The translations under genes were made by a program, and so were the position numbers. This document shows, piece after piece, positions 45,847 through 57,544 of a DNA stretch of 64,000 bases; position 1 is the stretch's first letter; every line of letters starts with the position of its first letter. Origin of the DNA: an uncultured Candidatus Peribacteria bacterium (GTDB lineage: Bacteria; Patescibacteriota; Gracilibacteria; Peribacterales; Peribacteraceae). The DNA lies in the NCBI GenBank assembly GCA_964575275.1, contig CAZNPE010000005.1, positions 16,402-80,401 of the forward strand, written 5' to 3'. The notes beneath the pieces were generated by a model, which ran no database searches, was not told the origin of the DNA, and saw only the letters and a list, made by a program, of their open reading frames with translations.

Positions 45847-45952
45847 AGGTGGAGTATACCGAGAAAGCAGATTGTGGCGAGAAATTGCACCATTATTTTG
45901 GTAAAGACGGCTCAGGGCAGCAAAAATCTCTAAGTCACGGTACACTTGTCCT

Positions 45953-47113
45953 ATGTCCCGCCGCTTCTACAGCAGTATTGCCATCGTATTTGGACTTTTA
46001 CATCCCCTAACGCTGTGTGCCATGCAGACACAGACGTTCGACCTAGCCGCAGGAGAGGTAAATGCATCATGGCAAGGTATTGGGCCGATACAGATGCAGA
46101 AACAAGCCGATGGAATTTTACTCTCAGTAGGAAGCAGCACAGGCATGTTGCTCACTGAAACGCAGGCAGCCTTTCTGGCTGATGCTGCAACTGTCGTGGT
46201 AAGTACACAACAGCCAACAAATCTGCACTTCGTGTGGATGTATACCGATGATACAAGTCGCACAACGTACAGTGTCCCACTCTCCTTTTCTTCAGGAGCG
46301 AGACGCTCTGCATCGTTCTCTCTCACGAATGTTCATGAATGGTTAGGAGGAAAGAAAAAAGTCGGCCTCGTTCTTCCCCCACAGACATCAATCCTCCTGC
46401 ATCGTATCGATTTTCACCGATGGAATTTTTTCGAACGAGTCATGGAAAATATTCAGGCATTCTGGACGTTTGATGAATACCGACCGTACTCCATCAATTT
46501 CACGTGGGGACCACAGCTTGCATCGAATACCATCGAACGGAATGAGTTGTATGCAACACTCCCGCCAACATCGACATCTGCAACACTTGTCACGTACGAA
46601 ATTCTCCTGGGCATTCTCATCCTCGTCGTCGCATTCACCTCCATCCGTCCGCGAGAGGATCGTACGACGCAGATCGTAAAACGCATGTCGATCGTCTTCC
46701 TTGTTGTATGGGTGGTATTCGATATGCGCATGGGTAGCGAGTTTCTCTCATGGGTAAGCCACGATCAGAGCACGTACATTGGGGAAAATACGTCGATACG
46801 AACATTGCGTGATCGTGATCGTTTCTACGATTTTGCACAGTTTGCTACCCCACTCGTGTCTGACCGTGAAACGTACATTTTCTTCGCGGAGCAGCCATGG
46901 CCATACCTCGGACTTATGCGCTACCTCACGTACCCCGCCATTCCTGGCATCGACTATGAGAAGGATGATACGTGGGTCATCTACAACCGACCGGACATTC
47001 AGATCAGTCCTGCAAATCAGCTCACAATCGATGGCACTGCAATTTCTGAACCAGGCAGTCTCCTTGGGCGTTTTGATAGCGACTCTTTTATTTTCCGCGT
47101 CTCTCGCTCATGA
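45953..47113 (+). CDS. hypothetical membrane protein (signal peptide plus two central TM helices)
   Basis: MSRRFYSSIAIVFGLLHPLTLCA. 4-nt overlap with the downstream glycosyltransferase gene. Confidence 0.55.
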   Translation: MSRRFYSSIAIVFGLLHPLTLCAMQTQTFDLAAGEVNASWQGIGPIQMQKQADGILLSVGSSTGMLLTETQAAFLADAATVVVSTQQPTNLHFVWMYTDDTSRTTYSVPLSFSSGARRSASFSLTNVHEWLGGKKKVGLVLPPQTSILLHRIDFHRWNFFERVMENIQAFWTFDEYRPYSINFTWGPQLASNTIERNELYATLPPTSTSATLVTYEILLGILILVVAFTSIRPREDRTTQIVKRMSIVFLVVWVVFDMRMGSEFLSWVSHDQSTYIGENTSIRTLRDRDRFYDFAQFATPLVSDRETYIFFAEQPWPYLGLMRYLTYPAIPGIDYEKDDTWVIYNRPDIQISPANQLTIDGTAISEPGSLLGRFDSDSFIFRVSRS

Positions 47114-48561
47114 ATATTCTCGCTTTCATTCTTGGCATTGGACTCACGACTGTCATCGGCTGCTTGTCCGTTGCAATTGTTCAAGGAAAGCAACCCGTAC
47201 TTACCAACATGGAGCGCCTTGCTTTCGGGATTGTACTCGGGCCAACAATCTCCATGTTCTTGGTGTTTGTTCTGCATATTCTTGGACTCGTCTCATTTAC
47301 ACTTCTTGGCTTCTTGGTGCCTATTCTTGTACTTCTTGCGATCGTGGTTGGCATGAGCACCAAACAAGGAACACTTCGCGCATTTGTCTCGAAAGATGTG
47401 TACGTACCTTCTCATCAACCACTCAAAAAGTGGGGAAAGATCACGCTCGGCATTCTCGTCGTATGGACAGTGATTAAACTTATCGCAGGTGCCTACGACC
47501 TCACGATGGTTCCCACATACTGGGATGACTCGTTCAATAACTGGAACATGCGAGCCAAGCTCTTCTATCAAACCGAAATGCTGACTCTCGAAATTCCAAA
47601 CGGCAATGGTGCAATACAGTCGGCACAGGGTGTGGGCTCGTATCCACCAACTGTATCGATGGTGAAAACATGGCTGTCGGTCGTCCGCGGAAGTTTCCAG
47701 GAGCCACTCATCAATAGCGTACACGTCGTCTGGCTTTTAGGTCTTCTGTTAGGCTTCTTTGCCACGTGTCGTCGCTATCTTAACCGCAACTGGTCACTCC
47801 TTGCCCTCTATGGACTCGTGTCACTACCACTCTTTCTGATCCATGGAAGTAATCCCTATGCTGATATTTTTGTTGCGGCTCACCTGTTCCTGACGGTGAT
47901 GACAGTGCTTGGCATCACACGATCGACGCATGCACACGAGCTCAAGATCTGGCTCAGACTTTTCGGACTCGCACTTGGACTTCTTATCTTTACCAAAAAT
48001 GAAGCGCTGATTCTCCATACGCCGCTCTTGATACTGGCGGCTGCATGGGCGCTGTACGATCGAACAAAAGCCACTGTCATCTCAAAAGATGCGCTTCCTC
48101 GATCAATTGCTGTCGCTTCTCTCTTCGTACTCTCGTTCGTTCTTCCATGGCTCGGATTTAAGTGGATCAATGGACTCACGTTCGGAAATGCAAAATCTGT
48201 CAGTGGCGTGTCATTCGTGCTCAACCCACAAGTGGCACGTGCCATATGGTTCCACTTCACACACGAACCAAACTGGCTGCTTCTCCCCTTCGTCTTGCCG
48301 TTCTTCCTCATTGTCTCTGGCAAGAAAGGATTCGAAATGCCGACAGGCATTCTTGCGCTCATTGCGTGTCTGTCTGTTATTGGGCAAATGACGCTTTTCC
48401 TCATCATTCCATCGCTCGCGACGGAAGCAATCGATCAGACAGGCATCAGCCGCGGGCTACTGCAAATTGCACCTATTGCGATGCTGCTAACAGTCCTGCT
48501 CATTGATAGGGTATATCAACACGATGAAACCGCGCCCACGAAGGGGCGCTCTGGTTATTAA
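47110..48561 (+). CDS. GT-C fold membrane glycosyltransferase (ArnT/PMT-like)
   Basis: At least 10 TM helices. First-loop acidic motif TYWDDSFNNW. FTKNEALIL. Confidence 0.5.
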   Translation: MNILAFILGIGLTTVIGCLSVAIVQGKQPVLTNMERLAFGIVLGPTISMFLVFVLHILGLVSFTLLGFLVPILVLLAIVVGMSTKQGTLRAFVSKDVYVPSHQPLKKWGKITLGILVVWTVIKLIAGAYDLTMVPTYWDDSFNNWNMRAKLFYQTEMLTLEIPNGNGAIQSAQGVGSYPPTVSMVKTWLSVVRGSFQEPLINSVHVVWLLGLLLGFFATCRRYLNRNWSLLALYGLVSLPLFLIHGSNPYADIFVAAHLFLTVMTVLGITRSTHAHELKIWLRLFGLALGLLIFTKNEALILHTPLLILAAAWALYDRTKATVISKDALPRSIAVASLFVLSFVLPWLGFKWINGLTFGNAKSVSGVSFVLNPQVARAIWFHFTHEPNWLLLPFVLPFFLIVSGKKGFEMPTGILALIACLSVIGQMTLFLIIPSLATEAIDQTGISRGLLQIAPIAMLLTVLLIDRVYQHDETAPTKGRSGY

Positions 48562-48606
48562 AAAGGAGAGCGGCCGTTCGTGGGCGCTGAATTTAAGGTT
48601 TGGAAA

Positions 48607-49260
48607 TTAATCCTTCAGGAAATCCACCTTCTGTCCTTTGTGACGGCGCCAATATAACCAGGCCAGGACAACTCCGACAATGAGTACCATCACGATCTTT
48701 AAGATCGTTTCGGCCGTGTCGAGACCATTCATGAGTGAATCTGCTGCAGAGAGACCCGTGAAACCCAGGATCATGAAGAACAGGTTGCGGACGTAAAAAC
48801 CAACAAACGTACTCATGAAGAAGGTGCGAGCACGAATCTTCAGGACACCGACAACAAGAGATAATGGCGTGCTTGGCATCACCGGAATCGCACGAAGCCC
48901 AAGGAGTATCCACAAATCTTTTTGTGATCCACTAAAATGCTTACCGAAACGTTCCAGGTGCTGATGTGTCACACCGAAATATTTTCCAACGCGAGGAACT
49001 GCCACGTCTTCAAATTTTGCACCAAGGAAATAGAAGATCCATGCACCCGCTGTCTTTGCGAGTGTGGCAAGTAGACAGATCCAGAGAAGGTACACAATAC
49101 CCATGTGCTGTGCTTCGGCGATGGTGCCCGAGAGGCTGGCAACGAGTGGCGATGGAATTGGGGCGATGATTTCTTCCACAATGCCGCCAACAATCACAAA
49201 GAGCGGGAGCGGAACAGAATTTGCGATGTGCTGTAACCAGGTAATGACGGCGTCAAACAT
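48607..49260 (-). CDS. DedA / VTT-domain membrane protein
   Basis: LPLFVIVGGIVEEIIAPIPSPLV and RAIPVMPSTPLSLVVGVLKI patterns. Confidence 0.7.
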   Translation of the reverse strand: MFDAVITWLQHIANSVPLPLFVIVGGIVEEIIAPIPSPLVASLSGTIAEAQHMGIVYLLWICLLATLAKTAGAWIFYFLGAKFEDVAVPRVGKYFGVTHQHLERFGKHFSGSQKDLWILLGLRAIPVMPSTPLSLVVGVLKIRARTFFMSTFVGFYVRNLFFMILGFTGLSAADSLMNGLDTAETILKIVMVLIVGVVLAWLYWRRHKGQKVDFLKD

Positions 49261-49333
49261 AGTGGGCAGATACTACCGATGGCAGAGGCGAATACCCCTT
49301 GTCACATCAAGAATCTGTTATAATGTGGTTCCT

Positions 49334-49561
49334 ATGACCGCTGAACGATCCGACCATAATCAATACATTGCGCTCTCGGTGCAGACGATGGTGTATATGA
49401 GACCGAACGCCCATTCTGCTCCTGATATTGCCCAAGTAATTGAAAAAACTGGTGCCTATACAAGCAATCAAGTACTCCATGTTATCGCCAAAATGGAGCA
49501 GAGGGGCAGCATCATCAATCGTGATGGGAAATACTCAACGCCGAGCTTTGTTAACGCCTAA
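49334..49561 (+). CDS. small hypothetical protein, possibly winged-helix
   Basis: ATG at 49334 (MTAERSDHNQYIALSVQTMVYMRPNAHSAPDIAQVIEKTG...). Its 3' end overlaps the atpG stop by 4 nt. Confidence 0.4.
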   Translation: MTAERSDHNQYIALSVQTMVYMRPNAHSAPDIAQVIEKTGAYTSNQVLHVIAKMEQRGSIINRDGKYSTPSFVNA

Positions 49562-50466
49562 CCAAGCGCAGCTGCTGCAGCCGACAGCTCCGCAAGCTCG
49601 TTTGTGATGCCTGCCTGGCGTGATTGGTTGTACGTGAGAGTCAGGTCGCCGATGAGATCAGACGCGTTATCGGAAGCATTGCGCATCGCGACCATACGAG
49701 CCGAATGCTCGGAGGCAGTGGATTCCAAAAGCGCCTGATACATCTGCATTTCCGTTATTTGTGGCAAGATGCGATCTAACACTTCTTCGGCAGAAGGTTC
49801 GAATGTGTACGTCACTCGCCTCTCTTTCTCTGCCTCTGAGTCACGCGGCACGAGTCGCTCCGTCATCTCACGAACGTTATCGCGAGAGATAGGAAGGAGT
49901 ACTTTGGCTGTTGCCTGTTGTACAAGTGGCGAGACGAAGTCTGGATATAACACCACCACGTGGTCGTATTCCCCACTCTGGAAACTATCGAGTGCCAATC
50001 GTGTTATAGGAAGAATGTCCCGGAACTGCGGACGAACAGACATCGCGGGAAATGCAGCAACAATCTTCTGGCCAGTTCGCGTGAGGAATTGCTGACCTTT
50101 CTTTCCAATTGCAACGAAGGAAGCGCTTTGGAAGGTGCCAAGCTCTTCCAGTCCCTTCAGATACTTCGCGACAAGGCGTGTCATCTGTGTATTGAAGTTT
50201 CCTGCAAGGCCACGATCGGAGGTAAAGAGAATGATGAGAACATTCTTCAGTGGACGCGTGCCGAGTGCTGGATGTTCACTGCTACTGGCGAGCGCCACTC
50301 GCTCCAAGATACTCCACGCTGTGCGAGAGTATTTGCGTAGCTGCATCGCACTCTGAATTGCTCGTCGCATTTTCGATGCCGAGACTAGCTCCATCGCCTT
50401 CGTCACCTGGCGTGTGGATTTCACACCTTTGATCTTGTGCCGAAGCTCGCGAAGGTTTCGTGCCAT
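49558..50466 (-). CDS. atpG: F-type ATP synthase gamma subunit
   Basis: MARNLRELRHKIKGVKSTRQVTKAMELVSASKMRRA and the C-terminal ITNELAELSAAAAAL. Confidence 0.85.
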   Translation of the reverse strand: MARNLRELRHKIKGVKSTRQVTKAMELVSASKMRRAIQSAMQLRKYSRTAWSILERVALASSSEHPALGTRPLKNVLIILFTSDRGLAGNFNTQMTRLVAKYLKGLEELGTFQSASFVAIGKKGQQFLTRTGQKIVAAFPAMSVRPQFRDILPITRLALDSFQSGEYDHVVVLYPDFVSPLVQQATAKVLLPISRDNVREMTERLVPRDSEAEKERRVTYTFEPSAEEVLDRILPQITEMQMYQALLESTASEHSARMVAMRNASDNASDLIGDLTLTYNQSRQAGITNELAELSAAAAALG

Positions 50467-50468
50467 AC

Positions 50469-52010
50469 CTACTTTTTGTGCTTCGATTCTTTCTTTTCGT
50501 AGTCACGCTTGTCGACCAATTTCTGAAGAATCTTCTGTAGATCAGCATCGACGTCTTTCGTAATTTCTACGGCGAGCGCCTTCATCAGCGTTGTCTTGGA
50601 TCGTACAACAGTGAGGTAGTCATCCAAGAATTGGCGAACATCGGCGAGTGGAATAGTATCCAAGTATCCATTCACACCAGCGTAGAGCATCGCTACCTGC
50701 TCAGACACGAGGATGGGCGCGTACTGATCTTGCTTTAAGATTTCTGTGAGACGCGCGCCGCGATCGAGCTGCTTCTTCGTTGTTGCGTCCAAGTCGGAAC
50801 CAAACTGTGCAAAGACAGCAAGTTCGCGGTATTGAGCCAAATCTAAACGCATACGGCCGGCGACTTTCTTCATGGATTTCACCTGCGCTGCAGAACCAAC
50901 GCGTGAGACCGATGTTCCTACGTTCACTGCAGGACGAACACCTTTGTAGAAGAGATCGCTCTCTAAGAAGAGTTGTCCATCAGTGATGGAAATCACGTTT
51001 GTTGGAATATATGCAGAGATGTCACCTGCTTGCGTTTCAATGATGGGAAGTGCGGTGATGGAGCCGCCACCGTGCTTGGGGTCCATACAGACAGCACGTT
51101 CAAGCAAGCGCGAATGGAGATAGAAAACGTCTCCAGGATAGGCCTCGCGTCCAGGTGGACGACGGAGGAGGAGCGATATTTGACGATATGCCCACGAATG
51201 TTTGGAAAGATCGTCGTAGACGATAAGCACATCCTTCCCCTGGTCTAAGAAATACTCAGCGATTGCACAACCTGAGAATGGTGCGATGTAGGACATCGAT
51301 GCAGATTCCGACGCTGATGCGGCAACCACTACCGTGTAGGGCATGGCTCCGCGCTTTTCGAGCTCAGAGACAATTTTGGCGATTTTCGCTTCCTTCTGAC
51401 CAATGGCGACATACACACATGTGACTGGTCTGTCGGTATTCTGGGTCTGTTTCTGGTGCAAGATCGTGTCGATGGCAACTGCTGTTTTTCCGGTCTGACG
51501 ATCGCCAATGATGAGCTCACGCTGACCACGACCAATCGGAATAACTGCATCGATAGCAGTGATACCTGTCTGAAGCGGACGACGCACGGAGGTGCGAACG
51601 ATGACACCAGGTGCAATCTTTTCCACAGGATAGAATATTTTAGGCTCAAGAGTTGGACCACTATCCTTCGCTTCCCCAAGCGCATTCACAACACGGCCAA
51701 TGAGCTCATTGCCAATGGGGACAGAAAGCACGCGACCCATTGCTTTCGCGCTGTCGCCTTCTTTGATACCCGCTCCGTCGCCAAAGATAATGGCACCGAC
51801 TGTTTCTGTTTCTAAATTCAAAGCACTGCCAATGACGCCGTTACCGAAATCGATCATTTCTGCAGCACCAATACTGGAAAGACCCTTGATCTTCACGATG
51901 CCGTCGCCCACGGCCGTCACTGTGCCAACGTGCTGACGTGTGCCGCCGCTTGTTTCCAAGGAATCGATCTGCTTACTCAGCAATGCCTGAATATCTTTGG
52001 TGAGACTCAT
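50469..52010 (-). CDS. atpA: F-type ATP synthase alpha subunit
   Basis: Walker [16 protein letters not shown]; [21 protein letters not shown]. Confidence 0.9.
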   Translation of the reverse strand: MSLTKDIQALLSKQIDSLETSGGTRQHVGTVTAVGDGIVKIKGLSSIGAAEMIDFGNGVIGSALNLETETVGAIIFGDGAGIKEGDSAKAMGRVLSVPIGNELIGRVVNALGEAKDSGPTLEPKIFYPVEKIAPGVIVRTSVRRPLQTGITAIDAVIPIGRGQRELIIGDRQTGKTAVAIDTILHQKQTQNTDRPVTCVYVAIGQKEAKIAKIVSELEKRGAMPYTVVVAASASESASMSYIAPFSGCAIAEYFLDQGKDVLIVYDDLSKHSWAYRQISLLLRRPPGREAYPGDVFYLHSRLLERAVCMDPKHGGGSITALPIIETQAGDISAYIPTNVISITDGQLFLESDLFYKGVRPAVNVGTSVSRVGSAAQVKSMKKVAGRMRLDLAQYRELAVFAQFGSDLDATTKKQLDRGARLTEILKQDQYAPILVSEQVAMLYAGVNGYLDTIPLADVRQFLDDYLTVVRSKTTLMKALAVEITKDVDADLQKILQKLVDKRDYEKKESKHKK

Positions 52011-52375
52011 GTGGTGGGGAAAGTTTTTAAATGTTCTGTCGCACGAGTGAGGGCACCACGCACGCTACGGTCTATGCGTACATCTTCGTACAGCAGAATG
52101 GCGCCACCCAACAGTGTTGGATCGGCTTTCTGAATGAGATCGATGGGACGTGCAAGCTTCTCTTCGAGCAACTCCTGGATCTTCTGCGCTGACGCGTCAG
52201 CGTTTCCCATGGGCGTGATAAGCGTGACAACGAGCACTCGACCTTTGCGTGCAATTTCACGACTCAAATCACGGCTCAGCTGCGTGGTATCGGCCTGCAT
52301 ATTATGTGCCTCGAGCAATTGATACGCTGTATCAATGGCACTCTGCGCGATGGTTTTGGTCGTTGGCTTGTGCAT
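52007..52375 (-). CDS. atpH: F-type ATP synthase delta (OSCP) subunit, short form (122 aa)
   Basis: Position between atpF and atpA. C-terminal [25 protein letters not shown] matches the OSCP C-terminal motif. The N-terminal half is much shorter than usual. Confidence 0.55.
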   Translation of the reverse strand: MHKPTTKTIAQSAIDTAYQLLEAHNMQADTTQLSRDLSREIARKGRVLVVTLITPMGNADASAQKIQELLEEKLARPIDLIQKADPTLLGGAILLYEDVRIDRSVRGALTRATEHLKTFPTT

Positions 52376-52881
52376 TACGCAATGAGAGTAGGAATATCTT
52401 TCTCGAGTGATTTGAGAAGTTTCTGCTGATCTTTGTCATTAAATTCACGTTCTAAAATCTTCTCGGCAACTTTCACGCCGATGGAAATCACTGTGCTCTG
52501 CAAATCTCCCAAGAGTTTGCGACGCTCATCTTCCAGCTGCTTCCGACCTTTCTCCAGAAGTTCTGTTGCTTCTGTTTTTGCTGCTTCTAACATTTCTTTT
52601 TTCATGGCATCAGCTTCCTTCTGTGTCTGCTTCAGAATTGCCTTGGTCTCATCGTCTGTCTCTTTCAAGCGCTTCATGCGTTCCTTCTCTGTTGCGGCAG
52701 CTTGCTTCTCGACAAGCTTGGCTTGTTCCATGGACTTTTCGATACGCATTCTGCGTTGGTCGATGACGTTGAGAACAGGTTTATACAGAAGCCACGTCAG
52801 AGCCCCAAGCAGAATGGCGAAGTTTATCGCCTGTGCTATGAGCATCCCCCAATCGATGCCAAGAGTCTGAAGAATTTCCAT
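52375..52881 (-). CDS. atpF: F-type ATP synthase b subunit
   Basis: ATG at 52881 (MEILQTLGIDWGMLIAQAINFAILLGALTWLLYKPV), followed by a long charged coiled coil. Confidence 0.7.
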   Translation of the reverse strand: MEILQTLGIDWGMLIAQAINFAILLGALTWLLYKPVLNVIDQRRMRIEKSMEQAKLVEKQAAATEKERMKRLKETDDETKAILKQTQKEADAMKKEMLEAAKTEATELLEKGRKQLEDERRKLLGDLQSTVISIGVKVAEKILEREFNDKDQQKLLKSLEKDIPTLIA

Positions 52882-52900
52882 AGAAAGAGGAGAAAGAGGA

Positions 52901-53224
52901 TTAGACGAACTTAATAATGAGAGCCACGACAAGTGCGTAGATAGCAATTGCTTCTGCGAAGGCTGCTGTCAGGATCATTGCAGTTTGGATACGCGCTGCT
53001 GCTTCTGGATTGCGTCCAATGGCAGCGCTGGCCATACCACCGACAATACCGATGCCAATCGCGGGGCCAATGGCTCCAAATCCCATGACGATGGCCATGG
53101 CGAGATCCTTGATATCAAATGCCGCAGCTGCAGCAGCAAGATCTGTATTGGCAGGTTCTTGTGCGAGCACGAGAGCAGGAACGAGTGCTGCACCGAGACC
53201 AAGGAGGAGAGACAGTTTTTTCAT
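52901..53224 (-). CDS. atpE: F-type ATP synthase c subunit with an N-terminal signal-like extension
   Basis: GIGIVGGMASAAIGRNPEAA ... LTAAFAEAIAIYALVVALII (ion-binding Glu), preceded by MKKLSLLLGLGAALVPALVLAQEP. Confidence 0.8.
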   Translation of the reverse strand: MKKLSLLLGLGAALVPALVLAQEPANTDLAAAAAAFDIKDLAMAIVMGFGAIGPAIGIGIVGGMASAAIGRNPEAAARIQTAMILTAAFAEAIAIYALVVALIIKFV

Positions 53225-53257
53225 ACGAGGGAGAAGAAAGAAATAAGGGGGAGAAAA

Positions 53258-54052
53258 TCAGTGAGCGGGCGCCCCGCGTGGAGCTTCGTGTTCATCGCCA
53301 TGGGGTGTGACAGCCATTTTGATGAACGCGAGAGTGAGGAGTGAGAATACAAGTGCTTGGATAATCCCTACGAAGAGCTCTAATCCCAGGAAGGGAATGG
53401 GTACAGCGTATGGAACGAGGAACGACACGACGACGAGAAGGACTTCTCCGGCAAAAATGTTTCCAAAGAGACGGAAAGTGAAGGAAATCAACCGAGCGAA
53501 TTCACCAACAAATTCTAAAATTCCGACAAAGGTGCTAATGGGATTTTTCCATGGTGGAACAAAATACTTGCCAAGGTGTGAACCAATACCGAGTGATGTG
53601 ACACCAAGGATTTGCGTTGCAATGACTGAAATGAGGGAAAACGCGAGCGTTGTATTCACATCGGCGTTCATGGAACGGAAGAGTGGCACGTTGGCCGCAT
53701 GACCATCGTGCAGCATGGCAACAGTAATACTTCCGACTCCGGGGAAGATACCAAGCCAGTTGGCCATCATGATGAAGAGGAAGAACGTTGCGATCATCGG
53801 GAAGATTTTTCGCATGAGTGACTTGTCCTGGAGAATGGAATCGAAAAAATCAAAGAGTCCCTCCACAATCATCTCCACAGCAGTCTGGAAGCGGCCAGGA
53901 ACTAGCTTGTAACGAGTACAGCGTGCAATGATGGCGAGCAGAATGAGCACAGCCATTGTGAGCCATGCCATGACGAGGGTATTGCGAACACCGAAGGCGC
54001 CAATGTGCGCAACCGTTTCCGAAGCCAGTGTCGGTGCGTGGATGGTGCTCAT
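53258..54052 (-). CDS. atpB: F-type ATP synthase a subunit
   Basis: RLISFTFRLFGNIFAGEVLL (essential Arg region); 5-6 TM helices. Confidence 0.85.
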   Translation of the reverse strand: MSTIHAPTLASETVAHIGAFGVRNTLVMAWLTMAVLILLAIIARCTRYKLVPGRFQTAVEMIVEGLFDFFDSILQDKSLMRKIFPMIATFFLFIMMANWLGIFPGVGSITVAMLHDGHAANVPLFRSMNADVNTTLAFSLISVIATQILGVTSLGIGSHLGKYFVPPWKNPISTFVGILEFVGEFARLISFTFRLFGNIFAGEVLLVVVSFLVPYAVPIPFLGLELFVGIIQALVFSLLTLAFIKMAVTPHGDEHEAPRGAPAH

Positions 54053-54309
54053 GCTGGCGGAAAGGAGGAAATGATTGCCTTCACTTTTCGGTAGACAGCA
54101 ATGCTGGAGAGGATGAGCGCGATGAAGAGTCCGAGAAGCATATACATCGGCGAGGTGCCGTACGCTTTATCCATGTACGCACCACCGAATCCGAATGCGA
54201 ATGCTGGGAGTGCAATGAGGTACCCAAGCTGACCTGCCAGGCTTAAACTCATGCCCATGGCCTCGCGGTCACGCTTCACAGTTGCCGATGACATGGGAGA
54301 AGCGTTCAT
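54049..54309 (-). CDS. AtpZ/AtpI-like small membrane protein
   Basis: Lies immediately upstream of atpB with 4-nt overlaps on both sides. Two TM helices (LAGQLGYLIALPAFAFGFGGAY..., YMLLGLFIALILSSIAV). Confidence 0.5.
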   Translation of the reverse strand: MNASPMSSATVKRDREAMGMSLSLAGQLGYLIALPAFAFGFGGAYMDKAYGTSPMYMLLGLFIALILSSIAVYRKVKAIISSFPPA

Positions 54310-54743
54310 GATTGACCAGGAGTTGGCATGTAGGCACGGCGTGCGCGGTAGCGACGCACTGTCTTTAAGCGTGCAAGCTCTCTGTCTAAGAGAGCGGTTG
54401 CCTCTGCGAAACTCATTGCATCTTCGCTCTTCTCAGTCATTAATTTCTCGGCTTTCGCTTTCGCAGCTTCCACTGCTTCTTCTTCCAATGAATCGGCACG
54501 ATCAGCAATGTCAGAGAGGACACGCACCGATCCACCATCGACCTCTATGACACCTCGCGAAACAGCGAAGATCATCTCCCCTTTCTCGTTTCGCACAACC
54601 ATAGAACCAGGCATCAGAGTAGAAATGATCGGAATATGCTTCTCAAGCACCGTGATCTCCCCATCTGCAGACGGCAGCGTGACCGAGACGACGTTGCCGT
54701 CGTACACAGTTTCATCTGGCGTAATCAGTTGGAAATGGAGCAT
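54306..54743 (-). CDS. atpC: F-type ATP synthase epsilon subunit
   Basis: MLHFQLITPDETVYDGNVVSVTLPSADGEITVLEKHIPIIS. Confidence 0.8.
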   Translation of the reverse strand: MLHFQLITPDETVYDGNVVSVTLPSADGEITVLEKHIPIISTLMPGSMVVRNEKGEMIFAVSRGVIEVDGGSVRVLSDIADRADSLEEEAVEAAKAKAEKLMTEKSEDAMSFAEATALLDRELARLKTVRRYRARRAYMPTPGQS

Positions 54744-54763
54744 TGGAGAAGAATATTGAATAC

Positions 54764-54777
54764 AGAATATAGAATTC
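54764..54777. repeat. left arm of the 14-bp perfect inverted repeat bracketing the four-helix-bundle gene
   Basis: agaatatagaattc. Its reverse complement occurs at 55185-55198. Confidence 0.7.
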
Positions 54778-55174
54778 AGCTGGGGATATTTTTAATCAAT
54801 CCGGTAATAAGCTTACTGATAAGAATCGTTCGCTCTGCAAAAGCAGCGAAAATTTCCTTTTTGATAAGATCAACATCTTTGCAAAAGAGTAACTGGTTCT
54901 GAACTTCTCGCAATGAACTTAAAGCCATTGTATAAAATTGCGTCTTCTCTTTCGGCGATCTTCGAGAAAAACCTTCAGCTATATTCGAGCTTATGGAAAG
55001 AGCCGATCGTCGTATTTGAGATGTGACACCAAATAATTCTTCTTTAGGAAATTCTTTGGATACTTTATAAATATCCACAGACAACACGTGTGCTTCGCGC
55101 CATGCGATCAAATCAGTGAATGATTTGATTTTTCCTGTCTTCTCGCCAGTGGTAGCAAAAGGTACTTGCTGCAT
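54776..55174 (-). CDS. four-helix-bundle protein (23S rRNA intervening-sequence protein family, TIGR02436-like)
   Basis: FTDLIAWREAHVLSVDIYKVSKEFPKEELFGVTSQIRRSALSISSNIAEGFSRRSPKEKTQFYTMALSSLREVQNQL. The gene is AT-rich relative to the atp genes. Confidence 0.8.
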   Translation of the reverse strand: MQQVPFATTGEKTGKIKSFTDLIAWREAHVLSVDIYKVSKEFPKEELFGVTSQIRRSALSISSNIAEGFSRRSPKEKTQFYTMALSSLREVQNQLLFCKDVDLIKKEIFAAFAERTILISKLITGLIKNIPS

Positions 55175-55184
55175 TCTGAATTCA

Positions 55185-56671
<1,487 letters not shown>

Positions 56672-57104
56672 CTAAGACCCTTGATTTTTTGAGGATCATC
56701 CATGAGTGTAATCAGTTGTGTGTGAAGATTGCATCACACAATATTTTTATTATTTTGCGAAGGTCAGCAGGGGCGCAGGGTCGTAGTCTGAGGGTGTACT
56801 TGCCAGACTATTTATGATGTATAAATTTTGTATACAATTTAAGTTTTAGCAAATCCAAAATAGATTTCACCGCACTTTGAGGTAGGTAGAAGATTGAACT
56901 AATTCTGTGTTCAATTTTGTTCACAATATGTAGTCGTACACTGATTGTGGAAATGCATCGAGCCCTAGTGTTTGCGGAAAAGTCAGAAGTGAATATGATG
57001 AAGCGATCCCGGACAGAAAAGGATCACTTCCCTCCTCCAAACAGCCCAACAGTAAGCCAAGGAGTAGCGAGAAGACCAAGATCATTCACATCACAGCTAA
57101 AACT

Positions 57105-57228
57105 GCGGAGAGGATGATGATCGCACGTTAACTTCGACTCGTTCCTCCCGGCCACACACATGCAACCTTTGCACACTTCTGGGTATAGGTAACGTGACAT
57201 CGCGGTCTGTGGTCATCATTCTCTCCGC
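57105..57228 (+). other. long imperfect RNA hairpin inside a 0.95-kb non-coding region (unassigned structured element)
   Basis: gcggagaggatgatga (57105-20) pairs with tcatcattctctccgc (57213-28): 16 bp including one G:U. Inner helices are tcgc/gcgg, acgtta/taacgt and cccgg/ctggg. The wobble pairs only work on the + strand. Confidence 0.35.
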
Positions 57229-57475
57229 CTGCATAATGACGTCTTCCATCTTCGTTGAGATTAATGAATGGTTGATGCACCCAACTTACTTCCCAGTGTT
57301 TCCCTTAGCTCCCTCAAGGACTTGTGGCAAACCGGTACGGGGACTTCGGCTGGTTCCGAGGAGAAACAAGAAACCACAATGCGGGCGAAGATGGGAATCT
57401 CCCCTTTACACAAACACGTCCTAGTATCGTCAACGCTTCCATAGCACTGCCGAAACCGACGAATGATACAAACAA

Positions 57476-57498
57476 GGCTCCCTCGTGGAGTCTTTTTT
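57476..57498 (+). terminator. terminator-like hairpin with a T6 run
   Basis: ggctcc-ctcgt-ggagtc (6 bp, one G:U) followed by tttttt. It lies 47 nt before the methyltransferase ATG. Confidence 0.4.
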
Positions 57499-57544
57499 GT
57501 TTCATTCGCGCTCTGCACCCTGGAAGGGTGCTCTGATTTCCTTT

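Noticed and set aside
56900-57300. RNase P RNA or SRP RNA assignment for the structured non-coding region.
   Set aside because: CR-IV/CR-V-like and GGAA-GCAGC-like strings are present only approximately. I could not pair a P4 helix or a P1-P3 framework on either strand, nor find a GNRA-capped domain IV. A covariance-model search is needed before naming it.
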